A DNA stretch of 64,000 bases from Octopus sinensis (Eukaryota). The stretch is from NCBI RefSeq assembly GCF_006345805.1, contig NC_043004.1, forward strand, positions 90,396,001 through 90,460,000, given 5' to 3'. The notes under the pieces were generated by a model. The model did no database searches and had not been told where the DNA came from. It saw only the letters and a list, made by a program, of their open reading frames with translations. Each line of letters begins with the position of its first letter. Positions within the stretch are counted from its first letter, which is position 1. Positions 26,925 through 39,400 of the stretch are shown piece after piece. The position numbers were made by a program, and so were the translations under genes.

Positions 26925-27144
26925 CCCTTTTGTTACCAACCCGGCTGAAACCGGCTCTGAGTACAAATGTCTTGTTTTCATTAGTTCTAAATAAAAATTA
27001 AAATCTTCCACCAAACCTTAGTCACAATTTACGTTCCTAACACTGGCTGAATGATAACTAGGTTATTTTACTAAATTCTTTGTTATATTTAGAGTAATTG
27101 AAAGAAACACAGAGCATCTCAAAATAAATACAGTAATGAAAGGG
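26925..27144. mobile_element. piggyBac-type MITE-B
   Basis: TTAA TSD, same TIRs and same interior. Confidence 0.9.
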
Positions 27145-28637
27145 TTAATAGTTAGTGGACAGTCAGATTTAATTTAGAGCTAGTTCACTTTCTGTTGGGA
27201 AAGTAGGTATCTGGGCCAACAATTAGACAAATCTTCAGTTATCCATCACAAAGCTGAACAGTCAAATTTATTAAGTCCTCTAGACACATCTTCAGTTCAC
27301 TATACTAGTGAAGTTGATGACCAACAGTCATACCTTTAATTATCCATTAGAATGAGGTTACCAATTGATATATATATACAGTCACATTAACTATGTACTG
27401 TTACTACACCAGCGGTGGTAAACTACAACTTGCAGGCCATATCCAGTCCATGACCTCATTCCATCTGGCCTGATAAATTCAGTGAATATGTGACATTGCA
27501 AACAAAAATCCTTTGTTTTGCCATTTCTTCTCTTTGGTTCATGAACAATAAAATTTAGTTGTGTTAAGTGGAGCAAGATTTTTTGCAATTGATAAAAAAA
27601 AATCTAAGTTTCTTCAGGTGCATAAGTAGTAATTGCTTTCACCTGCCTGAATGAATGGAATAATTGACTACCAGTGTCTCATATTTATACGACTTATTGA
27701 TTGTAAGAAAGGTGGGAGTGACAAAACAGGTTATCTAGTTGGTTTACTTTATTTGAAACTACTGTCACTCCCATTCATCCGAACTACAAATGTTTTAACC
27801 ATTCACTAGATTATTATCATAGTATAGTTGTTATGCCATAAAGGAGACCTACGCATACACACTGATTACTAAGGTAGCTCTGGAAAATGGAATCACCAGT
27901 AACTTTGAAGCAACCTTAGGAAAACTATCAAGGGTAAGGAAAGAGAGAGATACTTTGTCTCTATATAATCCTTATCATGCTTAATAATACCCATGTTATG
28001 TACTTTCTGATGTAGACATAAACTTATAAACATGCTTGCTGTTACATGGAGAATATGAAAGTACTTTCATAAACTCCAGATACATGTACATGGTTTCTAC
28101 AATGGAAACATTGTGTTGAAAGTTAATCCAACAGCTGGACTATCATGATTTCGTTTTTATTTCTTAGTAGAAGGGCTTCTGGGATTGGTGAGAGTTGTGG
28201 AAGAAGGTATCTATAAAATGGAATCTGGTCCCAAACACTAGCAACAGAGTGGACACCACTAAAAACATCCAAGGTGCCACATGGTGGTGTTAAATCATAT
28301 GATGCACTAAGTCATATGATAACCGTGTAGGTCATGGTAGGATTTGAACTCAGAACACTAAGAGCCAGAACAAATATTGCAAGGCATCAAGTCCAAAATG
28401 GAGTTCCACCAATCTATTATTTTGGATTGGGATTTTTTAATTTTTTTTATTGAGCTCCAAAAGAATGGAGTTGACACCTTTGCACTCACCTCAGGCTCAA
28501 TGGCTCAATATACTTCATTCAGGTAGAGAATGAATTAAAAAATCACTTTTATAGAAAACTTGATTTGAAATTTCATAAATGCTTTTAGAAATCAGAATCA
28601 AATATTTTATGTACATGTATGTACTTATATATATATA

Positions 28638-28906
28638 AGGCGCAGGAGTGGCTGTGTGGTAAGTAGCTTGCTAACCAACCACATGGTTCCGGGTTCAGTC
28701 CCACTGCATGGCATCTTGGGCAAGTGTCTTCTGCTATAGCCCCGGGCTGACCAATGCCTTGTGAGTGGATTTGGTAGACGGAAACTGAATGAAGCCTGTC
28801 GTATATATATATATATATGTATGTGTTTGTGTGTGTGTGTTTGTCCCCCTAGCATTGCTTGACAACCGATGCTGGTGTGTTTATGTCCCTGTCACTTAGC
28901 AGTTCG
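28638..28906 (+). mobile_element. SINE-A, 3'-truncated
   Basis: Head and core intact; stops after cacttagcagttcg. Confidence 0.85.
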
Positions 28907-29258
28907 TGAGTGAAATTGGTAAATGAAGAAAACTGAAAGAAGCCTGATGTATGTTTGTGTATATGCGCACGTGCATGCTACTCTCTCTTTGCCCTAACAT
29001 CATGTGATGGTTGTAAGCGTCACCATTATGCAAGTAGTGTTCTTTGTTTCTAATTTTTCCGAGACGTTGTCTGGTGACAGGGGAAATATTACCTTACTTG
29101 GAAACAGGTGAGGAATGGCAGCATGAAGGGCATCCAACTGTAGAAAATCCACCTCAACAAATTCTGTCCGACTTATGCAAGCATGGAAAAGCAGACATTA
29201 AAATGATGATGATGATATTTCATAAGCACACTAAGAACTTTATTATTGACAGTACTGT

Positions 29259-29651
29259 TACTCTTTACTCTTTTACTTGTTTCAGTCATTTGACTGCGGC
29301 CATGCTGGAGCACCGCCTTTAGTTGAGCAAATCGACCCCGGGACTTATTCTTTGTAAGCCCAGTACTTATTCTATCGGTCTCTTTTGCCGAACCGCTAAG
29401 TGACGGGGACGTAAACACAACAGCATCGGTTGTCAAGCGATGTTAGGGGGACAAACACAGACACACAAACACGCACACATATATATACGATGGGCTTCTT
29501 TCAGTTTCCGTCTACCAAATCCACTCACAAGGCTTTGGTCGGCCCGAGGCTATAGTAGAAGACACTTACCCAAGGTGCCACACAGTGGGAATGAACCCGG
29601 AACCATGTGGTTGGTAAGCAAGCTACTTACCATACAGCCACTCCTGCGCCT
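29259..29651 (-). mobile_element. SINE-A, full length
   Basis: Reverse-complement match ending at ccactcctgcgcct. Confidence 0.9.
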
Positions 29652-30732
29652 ATGTAAGTAGGTATGTAAAAAGAAAAAATTTAATTTCTTAAGGATGCAG
29701 GTGGGAGAGCATAGGGAAGGTTGGGAACACACTAAACAAAGTGGACTGTCTTAGTCACATGGTACATGTTTACATCTTGGTAGACTGAACTATCACCTAG
29801 TATCTATATTATATACAGCTAGGTGGACTGGCCCAGTCTGTCAAAGTGCCATGACTACAAACACTGTTTGTAGCCAATGACAAGAGACTTATCTTCCCCC
29901 TACCTACCCTCTTGCATTTCTAGTCAGACAACCTATTCTCTGTCCTCTTCACCCCCATCCACCTCATAGTATCTCTCTTTCTCTCTTCCCCCCCCCATCC
30001 TCCTTCCCACCACATCTCTACTTTCCATCCATCATCACCATTACCAGAAATGTTAATCTTTTGTCATTGTATAGTAGTGGTACATTTGTATGAAATTGCC
30101 AGGGGGGGGGACTGGTGTGTGTGGCTAAATGTCACTATAGTGACAATCTAATCTGAACTTCTGGTATATTTCTCTGACTCTCCATTTACTGCAGCCTGTT
30201 GTTTTGTGTCAGACAGAAACCACACCTTTTTTTGCCTTTGGCTGGGTGGCAGTGGAATTTGTATTTGTTTGTGTAAAGCTCTGTGTGTGTGTGTACACAC
30301 CAGTACAGTGTATGTATGTATGTATGTATGTATCTTTCCATATGCATGTACCAGTAACGTGTGTATGGCTGTGCATATGCCTCTGTGTGTATGTCAGTCT
30401 ATGTCCATGTATGTCTGTGTATGTGCTTGCCTGTGGTGTATATGTGAGTCTGCATGAATGTGTCCTACTAGTAAGGCTACAAAGCACATGATCTCCTTCC
30501 CCTTTTTTATTCTAGCAAATATTCCCCAAGATTTTGTTTTTTGGTTGGGTGGGGGAAAATATGTGGAAAAATCCAAGTGTACTCACTGTATTGGATGATT
30601 GTGAAGGTTAGTATTTGTCACTTGAACTGGCAGGTCCAGCTCTCCCCATTTGAGGTTACTTTCTTCGTACCATTCTACCAGTCTCAGAAGCCCTCTTGAA
30701 CACCTTTCTGCTCAGTGAGAGTGGGTATAGGG

Positions 30733-30933
30733 CAGTGGTTTTCAACCAGGGTTCCGCCAGTACAGTCCAGGAGTTCTGCAAGAAGTTAAAAAACTGCTAA
30801 AATCGGCAGTAATTTTTAATTCTCCTGTGCAGATATGTGTGCAAAAGACTATTAAATTATTGCACAGGGGTTCCTCGAGCCAGTGGAATGTTTCCTTGGG
30901 GTTCCACTCCAGCAAAAAGTTTGAAAAGCACTG
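30733..30933. mobile_element. hAT/Buster-type MITE, 201 bp
   Basis: TIRs CAGTGGTTTTCAA / TTGAAAAGCACTG; perfect 8-bp TSD GTATAGGG with TA at positions 4-5. Confidence 0.92.
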
Positions 30934-31346
30934 GTATAGGGGAGTGTAGTACAAGGGAATACAAAGGCTCAGTCACCAGGTATGTGTTAGTGCAATGATA
31001 ATTTTTTTTCTATTATAGGCAGAAGGCTTGAAATATTGGCGGAGGGAGCTACTTGACTACATCAGCCACAGTGCTCAACTGTTACCTATTTCATTACCTC
31101 AAAAGAATGAAAGCAAAGTTGACCGTAACAGCATCTGAATCAGAATGTAGAGTTGAAAGAAATGCTGATAGACATTTTGTCTGATGTACTAATGATTCTT
31201 CCAGCTCTCACTGCCTGAATAAAAATAATTTCAAATTTTGGTACAAGGCCAGCAATTTCGGGGAAGGGGCTGAGTCAATTACATCAATCCTAGTGTGTGA
31301 CTAGTGACTTATTTTATCATCTTCAGATGTGATATTACTTTTGTAG

Positions 31347-31502
31347 TACTCTCTCTTTTACTCTTTTACTTGTTTCAGTCATTTGACTGTGGCCATGCTG
31401 GAGCACCACCTTTTAGTCGAGCAAATCGACCCCAGGACTTATTCTTTGTAAGCCTAGTACTTATTCTATCGGCCTTTTTTGCCGAACCGCTAAGTTACGG
31501 GA
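31347..31502 (-). mobile_element. SINE-A 3' fragment
   Basis: ctcttttacttgtttcagtcatttgactgtggccatgctggagcacc block. Confidence 0.85.
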
Positions 31503-32426
31503 ACGATGAAAAGTAAAGTTGACCTCACCCGAATTTGAATTCAGAATGTAGAGCCAGATGAAATGCTGCTAAGCATTTTGTCTGGCATGTTAATAATTCT
31601 GCTAGCTTGCTGCCTTAATCATAATTTCTAAAATAAGCATGAAGCCAGAAATTTGGTGGAAAAGGAATCTTTATTTAAACCAGTACTTGACAGGTACATT
31701 ATTTTGTTGGCCCTTAGGGTCATTGAAGGCATGTTGGCTATGATAGGATTTGGACTCTGGACCTAAATATTTCACAGCATTTTGTTCCTTGCTCTGCTAA
31801 GTCTGTGAGAATCTAAAGTTTTGGTATTAAACACTATAATCATCAACTGACAAAGGAAAGGATAACAGACTGTATATACCTGGACCACATATATATATAT
31901 ATATGTGTGTGTTTGGTGAATACTAGTTACTACATCAATATTTGGCTGAAAATTTGTGAGTTTTAGCCTTAAATTATTGTGCTTTTCCTGATTCACTTCA
32001 CTAATAATTCAGCACCCTTAAAGCTCAAAATTATTTCACAGTTATTGACCCCTGGATAGTGACACAAAGACACCCCCTCCCCAAATACTAACCATTTTGT
32101 CACCTCCTGTTCTAATTAGACTGTCACAGTCACAACACCTACTGCAGGTCTGCTGGATCAGGACTGACTTCAGTTAAACAGCAATAGAACATTGTCTAGC
32201 ATTGTTGATCGGTTGCTACTGGGTGCAAAGTGTCAATATCTAACAGTGAAAGTGACTTAGGACAAAGGCAGCAGATTTGGGTGGGGCAGTTATGTATGTT
32301 GGGTCACAGATGAGATGATGCAGGATTGAGAAGAGGGGGGGATACATTTTATTTATAGACATGGCCAAGCACAGCTAAGTTCTAAAACCCTTAACATTTC
32401 AGACATTGCTTTAACTTGTCCATAAA

Positions 32427-32989
32427 CCCTCTAGCATTTAAACCAGCCATATCCAGCCGAAATAGTCTAACTGGTTTATGCTCAAACTAGCCAGATCCTG
32501 CTTCTCGTACCTACTCTACACTGTCATTTTAAAAATATACAATCATATCATGCTCACAACATCATTAGCGGAAAGTGTAACCTCTCGAAAGAGCTGTTCT
32601 TCACTCCTGCTCCAGAGCGTCGGTTGCGGGATCACTCCGAAAAACTCTATCTGCGACGATTTCATCTCAATCGAAGGAGAGGGGCTTTCTCCGTCCGGGT
32701 TGCAGATCCGTGGAATAAGCTACCAGACGAGATGGTGAAGATGCCGACGACCGCTCGGTTCAAAGTCTCCCTTGACCACAAGTGGCCTGAACTCTTTACA
32801 TGAACACCACCCTGTACATAACTCCATGTCCCCCTACATGGCCTTGCTTTTTGCTTTTTGAGCCAAAAAATTAACTAACTAACTAACATATCATTAAAAA
32901 TTCGGAGCTATGAGATAATGTATGATTAATTCAAAACATTGTTGATAAATGAGCATTACACTTGGCAGAGTAATCTGAATGTTAAAGGG
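32427..32989. mobile_element. piggyBac-type MITE-A interrupted by a CR1 3' end; a partial second copy follows to about 33180
   Basis: ccctctagcatttaaacc...aaaggg|TTAA. Confidence 0.8.
32552..32887 (+). mobile_element. CR1-type LINE 3' end nested in MITE-A
   Basis: TSD ATATCAT at 32545-51 and 32888-94; (TAAC)n tail. Confidence 0.9.
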
Positions 32990-34284
32990 TTAAACCAGCC
33001 ATATCCAGTCCAAATATTCTACTTATGCTCAAACTAGCCAGGTCCTGCCTTTCGCACCTGTCATTCCAAAAATATACAACCATATCATTAAAAATTGAAA
33101 GCTATGAGATGTATGATTTAATTCAAAACAATGTGAATAAATAAGCATTACATTGGACAATAATCTGAATGCTAAAGGAGTCAGGAACAGGGAAATAACC
33201 AGGAATAAAATTCCTAATACAACTGATGTTTTATACATTTGAAACAAGGCCTTTTGTCCTACCATAGCCTCTGTTCACCTAAAAATTTATACTAAAGATA
33301 CCAGATCATCAGATGTTAATAGCAACAATACTATAGGTACCAGATAATTTGGGATGTTGATAATGTGCTATCTCTGTCCTCCAGTAAAAAGGAAAAAAAA
33401 AAGCTTAAATCTATGATCTATGCTCTACTTCTCCACACTGACCTATTGGGTAGCAAATGTTAAAATTTTCATAATATAAGGTTGTCCCAAAAGTTTGTAG
33501 AAAGTCTTGGAAAATAATGGTCTTTATTTTGAGGAATAATTTTTGTTGTTTTTGTTAGTACTTGGCGAGTAAAAATTCAATTTTCGCAAGTGTTTACGAA
33601 CTTTTGGGACAACCTAATAATTAGGTCTTATATCACAAAAAAATATTCCTTAAATAGTCTTATAAAGAATGTATTAAAACTTTTTTTTAACACTGATATT
33701 TTTTAACTGCTTTATCAAATGGCTTATAACTCATCTGTGAATAACAGTGCTACACTAATTTTCAAATAACTTAAATATGTTCAATATAAACTAAAATCAA
33801 AATGACATTTCTGTGACATATCATAAAAAAAAAGAAGAAAAAAAAAAGAAGCAATAATGAGATAAACATAATCAAGTTTTCTTCTCATGGCTGTTGGGTT
33901 TATTATACATAAGGCTGCTTTTTACATTTTATATGCTGTTATATACGTAGGCTGTTCTTTGCATTTTATGTGATACAATGTCATCTGCTCAGTGGTTCAG
34001 CACATTTGTCATCCGCTTTCTCTTAAGCTAATATTTCTCACTCCCTCACTCTAGCTATACTCCACATCCTCTCTTTCCCTTTCACATTTTTCACTTTCTA
34101 AACACATGTCTATGCACAAATAACATAGCTGCAGATACTCCTAAAAAATTAGGCTGATTACAGTTGAAATATGGTTTGATCATAGGTCTGTTTGATCATT
34201 ATTGATCTCGGGCTAAACGACATTTGATTTTACGATACATGATTTGTTATGAATTAATATTTATTATTTTTATTTCCATTTCAG

Positions 34285-34506
34285 ATTGCTCAATGGAGTA
34301 AACTGTGGCGTTTGATTCAGGGCAGTGACTGTGACACATGTCGAGACTTGGGTGTTGACTTGGCACCCAGTGGTGCTTCTTCTCAGCTAGATCAAGAGCT
34401 TGATCACAGAGTGAAGCGTTTTCTGATGGAGCGTCATATACTTCGCATCCATCTTCCAAATGGAGGATTCAGTATGGTGAAATATGGCGATGCAACCGAC
34501 ATTAAG
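34285..34506 (+). CDS. PTK2: Focal adhesion kinase exon: N-terminal extension plus start of FERM F1 lobe
   Basis: Acceptor tttccatttcAG|ATT at 34283-84 and donor AAG|GTaaat at 34507. The 222 nt are open: IAQWSKLWRLIQGSDCDTCRDLGVDLAPSGASSQLDQELDHRVKRFLMERHILRIHLPNGGFSMVKYGDATDIK. MER..L....GDATD matches vertebrate FAK MERVLKV...HGDATDVR. In-frame ATG at 34426; whether the 47 codons before it are coding is uncertain. Confidence 0.9.
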
Positions 34507-34615
34507 GTAAATATATGTTTATTTCACTCTTCTTTTTGCCTTTAAAGTTAAAATTGAATCTGTCTGCAAATCAGTGTGTCTGTAGGGCCAGTGATAAGGA
34601 TATAAACAAGATACT

Positions 34616-34842
34616 GTTAATCCTTTAGCATTCAAATTATTCTGTCAAATGTATTGCGTATTTATTCACACTGTTTTGAATTAACCACACATTGTCTTGT
34701 AACTTTGAGATTTTGATTATATGATGTTTTATTTTTGGAATGATATTTTAAGGTAGGTGTGACAACCCATGTCTGACCAGTTTGAACATAAAAACAACTA
34801 TATGTTGGCCAGATAAGGCTCAATTCAAATATTAACTGGTTA
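34616..34842. mobile_element. piggyBac-type MITE-A, degenerate
   Basis: ttaatcctttagcattcaaattattctgtc... matches the family; right TIR decayed. Confidence 0.65.
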
Positions 34843-34982
34843 AACAATGTCTTTCACTCACCTCCTCATGGTACCATTTAAAAAAATGATTCTAAAGAAG
34901 GTGAAAAAGGACAAACACTACAAACCATTATCTTATTAACTAAATATATTGATATTTTGATGACTTATATCAGGTGTTAAGG

Positions 34983-35183
34983 CAGTGGTTTTCAACCAGG
35001 GTTCCATCAGTACAGTCTTGGGGTTCCGCAAGAAGTTACAAAACTGCTAAAATCGGCAGTAATTTTTAATTCTCCTGTGCAGATATGTGTGCATAAGACT
35101 ATTAAATTATTGCACAGGGGTTCCTCAAGCCAGTGGAATGTTTCCTTGGGGTTCCGCTCCAGCAAAAAGTTTGAAAAGCACTA
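34983..35183. mobile_element. hAT/Buster-type MITE, second copy
   Basis: Near-identical to 30733-30933; the right-hand TSD is not retained. Confidence 0.88.
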
Positions 35184-35699
35184 GCATCACATCACATACA
35201 AGACACTCTAATATATACATATAAATCATACCCAGTCATGCTGTGAAATTACAAGATGGTGGAGCCCAAGTTAAGTGTATCATTGATACTCATCAAGCCC
35301 AGTATGCCACAGTTAATGTTGATATATATTATATAAAGATCCCCTTCAGTCATGAATGACCATGGGATTCTACCTAGAAAATTCCCTTTCCGAGGCACAA
35401 GTCCAGGCAAGGTTGTTTATGGATGACCAGCAGTCACCTATTCATGTCAGCCTCCCCTCTCCATGCCACTGATCTTATTATCCAAGAGAAAGGCAAAGGC
35501 CAATACAGCTTGGCATCAGTAATGTCACAACACCTTTCTACATTGGAGTGAACTGGAGCAACGTGAAATAAAATGTCTTACTCAAGAACACAACACACAG
35601 CCCAGTCCAGGATTTGAACTCACTACATTATATATGTATTTAAAGTCACCACAGCGAAATTATATATGTATGTATTATGTTATATATAAACAATATATA

Positions 35700-36440
35700 T
35701 ATTTACTACATATGTGGGAAATTCTGTCTGTGGGTGTGTTTGAGGAGTTGTTAGCGAACTCCTTCTACACCATTTTATCGATTTCGGTGAAACTTGACAT
35801 GTGAGTAGAACTTATGTCTGGAAACCTCATGGCATACTCAGATTGTTAAAAAAAAAAATTTATAATAGGGCCCCTGGAAGGGATCCTTATATACATCTAA
35901 TATATTTCATTTTAACAGCCAAGGAAAATAACCCATTCATTTTCCTAAATCATTTGGTATAAAACAAATTGAGTATGCTTATTTCTTAGTATTTGAACTA
36001 TTTGAGTTATTTTCGCAATTTGTCCAGTACAACCCTTAAGCAAGTAAATAGTATTTTCCTAAACAATAGCTCCACTTATTTTGGTTAGTGAGTTATTCAC
36101 GAATATACCAACACTAATGCTGCTGAGGATAATATTCTATGGGAACGCACAAAAGCCCTTTTCAGAGTTATTTACTTTGAATTGTTATTATCTCATATCT
36201 GATTAAGCCTGTTATTACGTAAACATGCTTCACGATTTTAGTATACATATCTTATTAGTATTTCTTCCTAAGTTCTAGATACTCGGGGAACGTATTAAAG
36301 CTCTTTTTGGGGCTACTTTATTTGAATTCTTACCATCAGGTAACTAATTTCGTGTTATTACATAACTGACTTCACAATTTGAGTCTTTATTACTTATTGG
36401 GAATTATTAAAAACAAGATCCTGTGACTTTTTTTGAGTCG
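35700..36440 (+). mobile_element. Possible Helitron/Helentron-like non-autonomous element with degenerate internal repeats
   Basis: 5' ctgtctgtgggtgtgt...cgatttcggtgaaacttg block and two diverged gggaacg...aagc.ctttt...tttgaatt units. Termini not confirmed. Confidence 0.3.
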
Positions 36441-36581
36441 AAACCTCTGTTGAGCCTCCATAAACTTTCAATAGGCCTTCTTATATCTATGGCAACATGG
36501 ATGCTTTGGATGCCCTCCATGTGGTTATTTGACCTTTTAGTCATAACAGCCAAATATCTTTTAAATCACTATCATCTTTAA

Positions 36582-36802
36582 CCCTTTAGTGTTTAAACTG
36601 GCCAAATTTGGCCCAATATATTCTACATATTTTATATTCAAACTGGCCATATCCAGCCTCTCACACCTAACCGACATTGACAGTCTAAAAATAAACAATC
36701 ACATCATTGAAACTTCAAAGCTATAAGATAATGCATGATTAATTTAAAACAATTTAAATAAAAAAGCATTACATTTAACAGAGTAATCTGAACACTAAAG
36801 GG
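36582..36802. mobile_element. piggyBac-type MITE-A
   Basis: TTAA|CCCTTTAGTGTT...AACACTAAAGGG|TTAA, 221 bp. Confidence 0.9.
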
Positions 36803-37696
36803 TTAAAAATGAAAGAACCTTTTCATTGACCAAAATAGCCATAGAATGCCTGAAATGGTGGTATGGGTGTGGTTAGAATGTCTGGATGTCTTTGTTTATT
36901 AGGCATTCTGTTCTCAACCAGACTTGGTTAAGAGCTAAATAGACAACTGTTACATATAGAATATGGTAATGTTTGAACAAAAGGCAATCAAAGTTAATGT
37001 ATGTCTTTGCTGACATAACATATGATGTAAGCTGTTGTGTTTGTGTCTGTATATCAACTTAAGTCTTGCTTGTCTGTGTGTATTCAATGTCAATAACTTA
37101 CTACTGATTTAACTATGAACCACTCAACTATGAAGAGGGAATAGGATGGTTTTTTTCTTTCTTTGTGTGGGTGTGTATGTGTGTGTACGTACCAGTCAAG
37201 CAGTTAGGGGATTGGTTAGGACACAATAAGCCCTTATGCAGTAATGGTAGTATTTGAACTTTAAAATCATGTGGGCAGATATTTAGAACTTTAATCTCAC
37301 TGTAATTGTGTCCTGAAAAAACTATTATATACATCCTAGTTATTTATTTATTCATTTCAATGTTACATGGTTTCCATGGTAACATAGGTGGGATGTTCTC
37401 TTTTGGTTTGTTTGGGTTAATTTGTTGTTTTCACAGTTGAGTGCTCTTTCCTATTGCGAGCCACTCAACTGTGAAATAGGTGTGGAACTGGCTTTATGAA
37501 TGAAACAAACTAAGCTAGGTGTGATGTCCACCTTAATTTGTGGTTTGTTGTCATTATTAGAGCAATGAGGTGTTTTATCAGGCCCCAGGTATTTGACTTC
37601 ACCATTGTCATTTCATTGTTTTTATGCAGAACACTATATTCTACATTACCTCAGTAATGTTGGTAGGATTAGGTTGCATCAGATTATCTGGGGGGG

Positions 37697-37741
<45 letters not shown>

Positions 37742-38379
37742 TATAGTGATATACTCGTGTCTTGTATAAGAGCGGGAGGAGGAAGTTTATCTCTAGTTCT
37801 AGTGTTTTTTAACTACATCACCTTGGGTTCACTTATCTATTGGTAAGAATAGGTGCTAGATAACCTGGGGAATGTTACCTGTCTACAATGGGGTCCTATC
37901 CAGAGAAAATATTTTCATTTTGCTTCATGCAACAATATTTATTCCCACTCTATTAATTCTGAATTCAAAGGTCATTAAAGGTCTACTTTCACTTTCATCA
38001 TTTGGATCAATAAGAAAAAAAGTACCAATCCAGGACAATGAATTAGTGGAACTATAAGAAAATTTGACCGGATGCCTTGTGGTATTTAATAAGGTCCTTT
38101 GCATTCTGATTTCAAATCCCATTGTGGCTTATTTGAGCAGTAGGCTTAATCTGTTGCCTGGTTTAATTAATCCGTTAGCATTCAGATTACTCAGTCAAAT
38201 GTGATGTTTATTTATTCACATTGTTTTGAATTAACCATGCATTGTCTCATGGCTTCAAGACTTCAGTGATATCATTGTTTATTTTTAGAATGACATTGTA
38301 AGGTAGGTGTGAGAGGCTGAATCTGGCTGGTTTGAACATAAAACAGGTAGAATATTTGGGATGGATATGACCAGTTTAA

Positions 38380-38602
38380 CCCTTTCATTACCAACCCGGC
38401 CGAAACCACCTCTGGTTCTGTAGTACAAATGTCTTGTTTTTCTTAAGTTTTGAATTAAAATTTTTCCACCAAACCTTAGTCACAATTTATGTTACTAACA
38501 CTAGCTTAATGGTGACTAAGTTATTTTTCTAAATTCTTTGTTATATTTAAAATGGTTGAAAGAAACACAGAGCATCTCAAAATAAATATGGTAATGAAAG
38601 GG
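38380..38602. mobile_element. piggyBac-type MITE-B inserted at an internal TTAA of a MITE-A (about 38170-38375)
   Basis: TTAA|CCCTTTCATTAC...GTAATGAAAGGG|TTAA. Confidence 0.9.
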
Positions 38603-38845
38603 TTAAATACCCTGAGTGCCATTAGAAGGCCTCACTCTGTTGCAAGTATTTGAGGTACGCTTCTGGTTTGAAGACCCTCCTTCCCAGTCTTGGATGTCCT
38701 GTAAAAGGTCATGGGTATTGCCTCTTTTTCTGACTAAAACATTGACGTTGCAGCTGAGGAGCATTGACCTTTCAAGATGGATCTTTCTACTCAGAGCATA
38801 TCATTCCACTGTAACTTACATAAGTGATCTCATTTGAGACTTTAA

Positions 38846-39400
38846 CCCTTTAACGTTCAGATTACCCTGTCAAATGTAATGCTTATTTATTCACATTGTT
38901 TTGACTGGCTTCTGTGCCGGTCGCACGTAAAAAGCACCATCCAAATCGTGGCCGAAGCCAGTGCTGTCTCAACTGGCTTCCGTGCTGGTGGCACGTAAAA
39001 TGCACCAATCTGACCGTGGCCGTTGCCAGCCTCACCTGGCACCTGTGTAGGTGGCACGTAAAAAGCACCCACTACACTCACGGAGTGGTTGGCGTTAGGA
39101 AGGGCATCCAGCTGTAGAAACACTGCCAGATCAGACTGGGCCTGGTGCAGCCTTCTGGCTTCCCAGATCCCCGGTCAAACCGTCCAACCCATGCTAGCAT
39201 GGAGAACGGACGTTAAACAATGATGATGATGTTTTGAATTAATCCTGCTTTATCCTTGTAACTTTGAGATTTCGATGATTTTATTGTTTACTTTTAGAAT
39301 GACATTCTAGGGTAGGTACGAAAAGCTGAATCTGGTTAGTTTGAACATAAAGCAGGGAGAATATTTGGTGCTTGATATGGCTGGCTTAAATGCTAAAGGG
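38846..39400. mobile_element. piggyBac-type MITE-A interrupted by a retroposon
   Basis: TTAA|CCCTTTAAC...GCTAAAGGG|TTAA. Confidence 0.88.
38905..39229 (+). mobile_element. (GAT)n-tailed retroposon 3' segment inserted in MITE-A
   Basis: TSD TGTTTTGA at 38897-38904 and 39230-39237. Confidence 0.85.
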
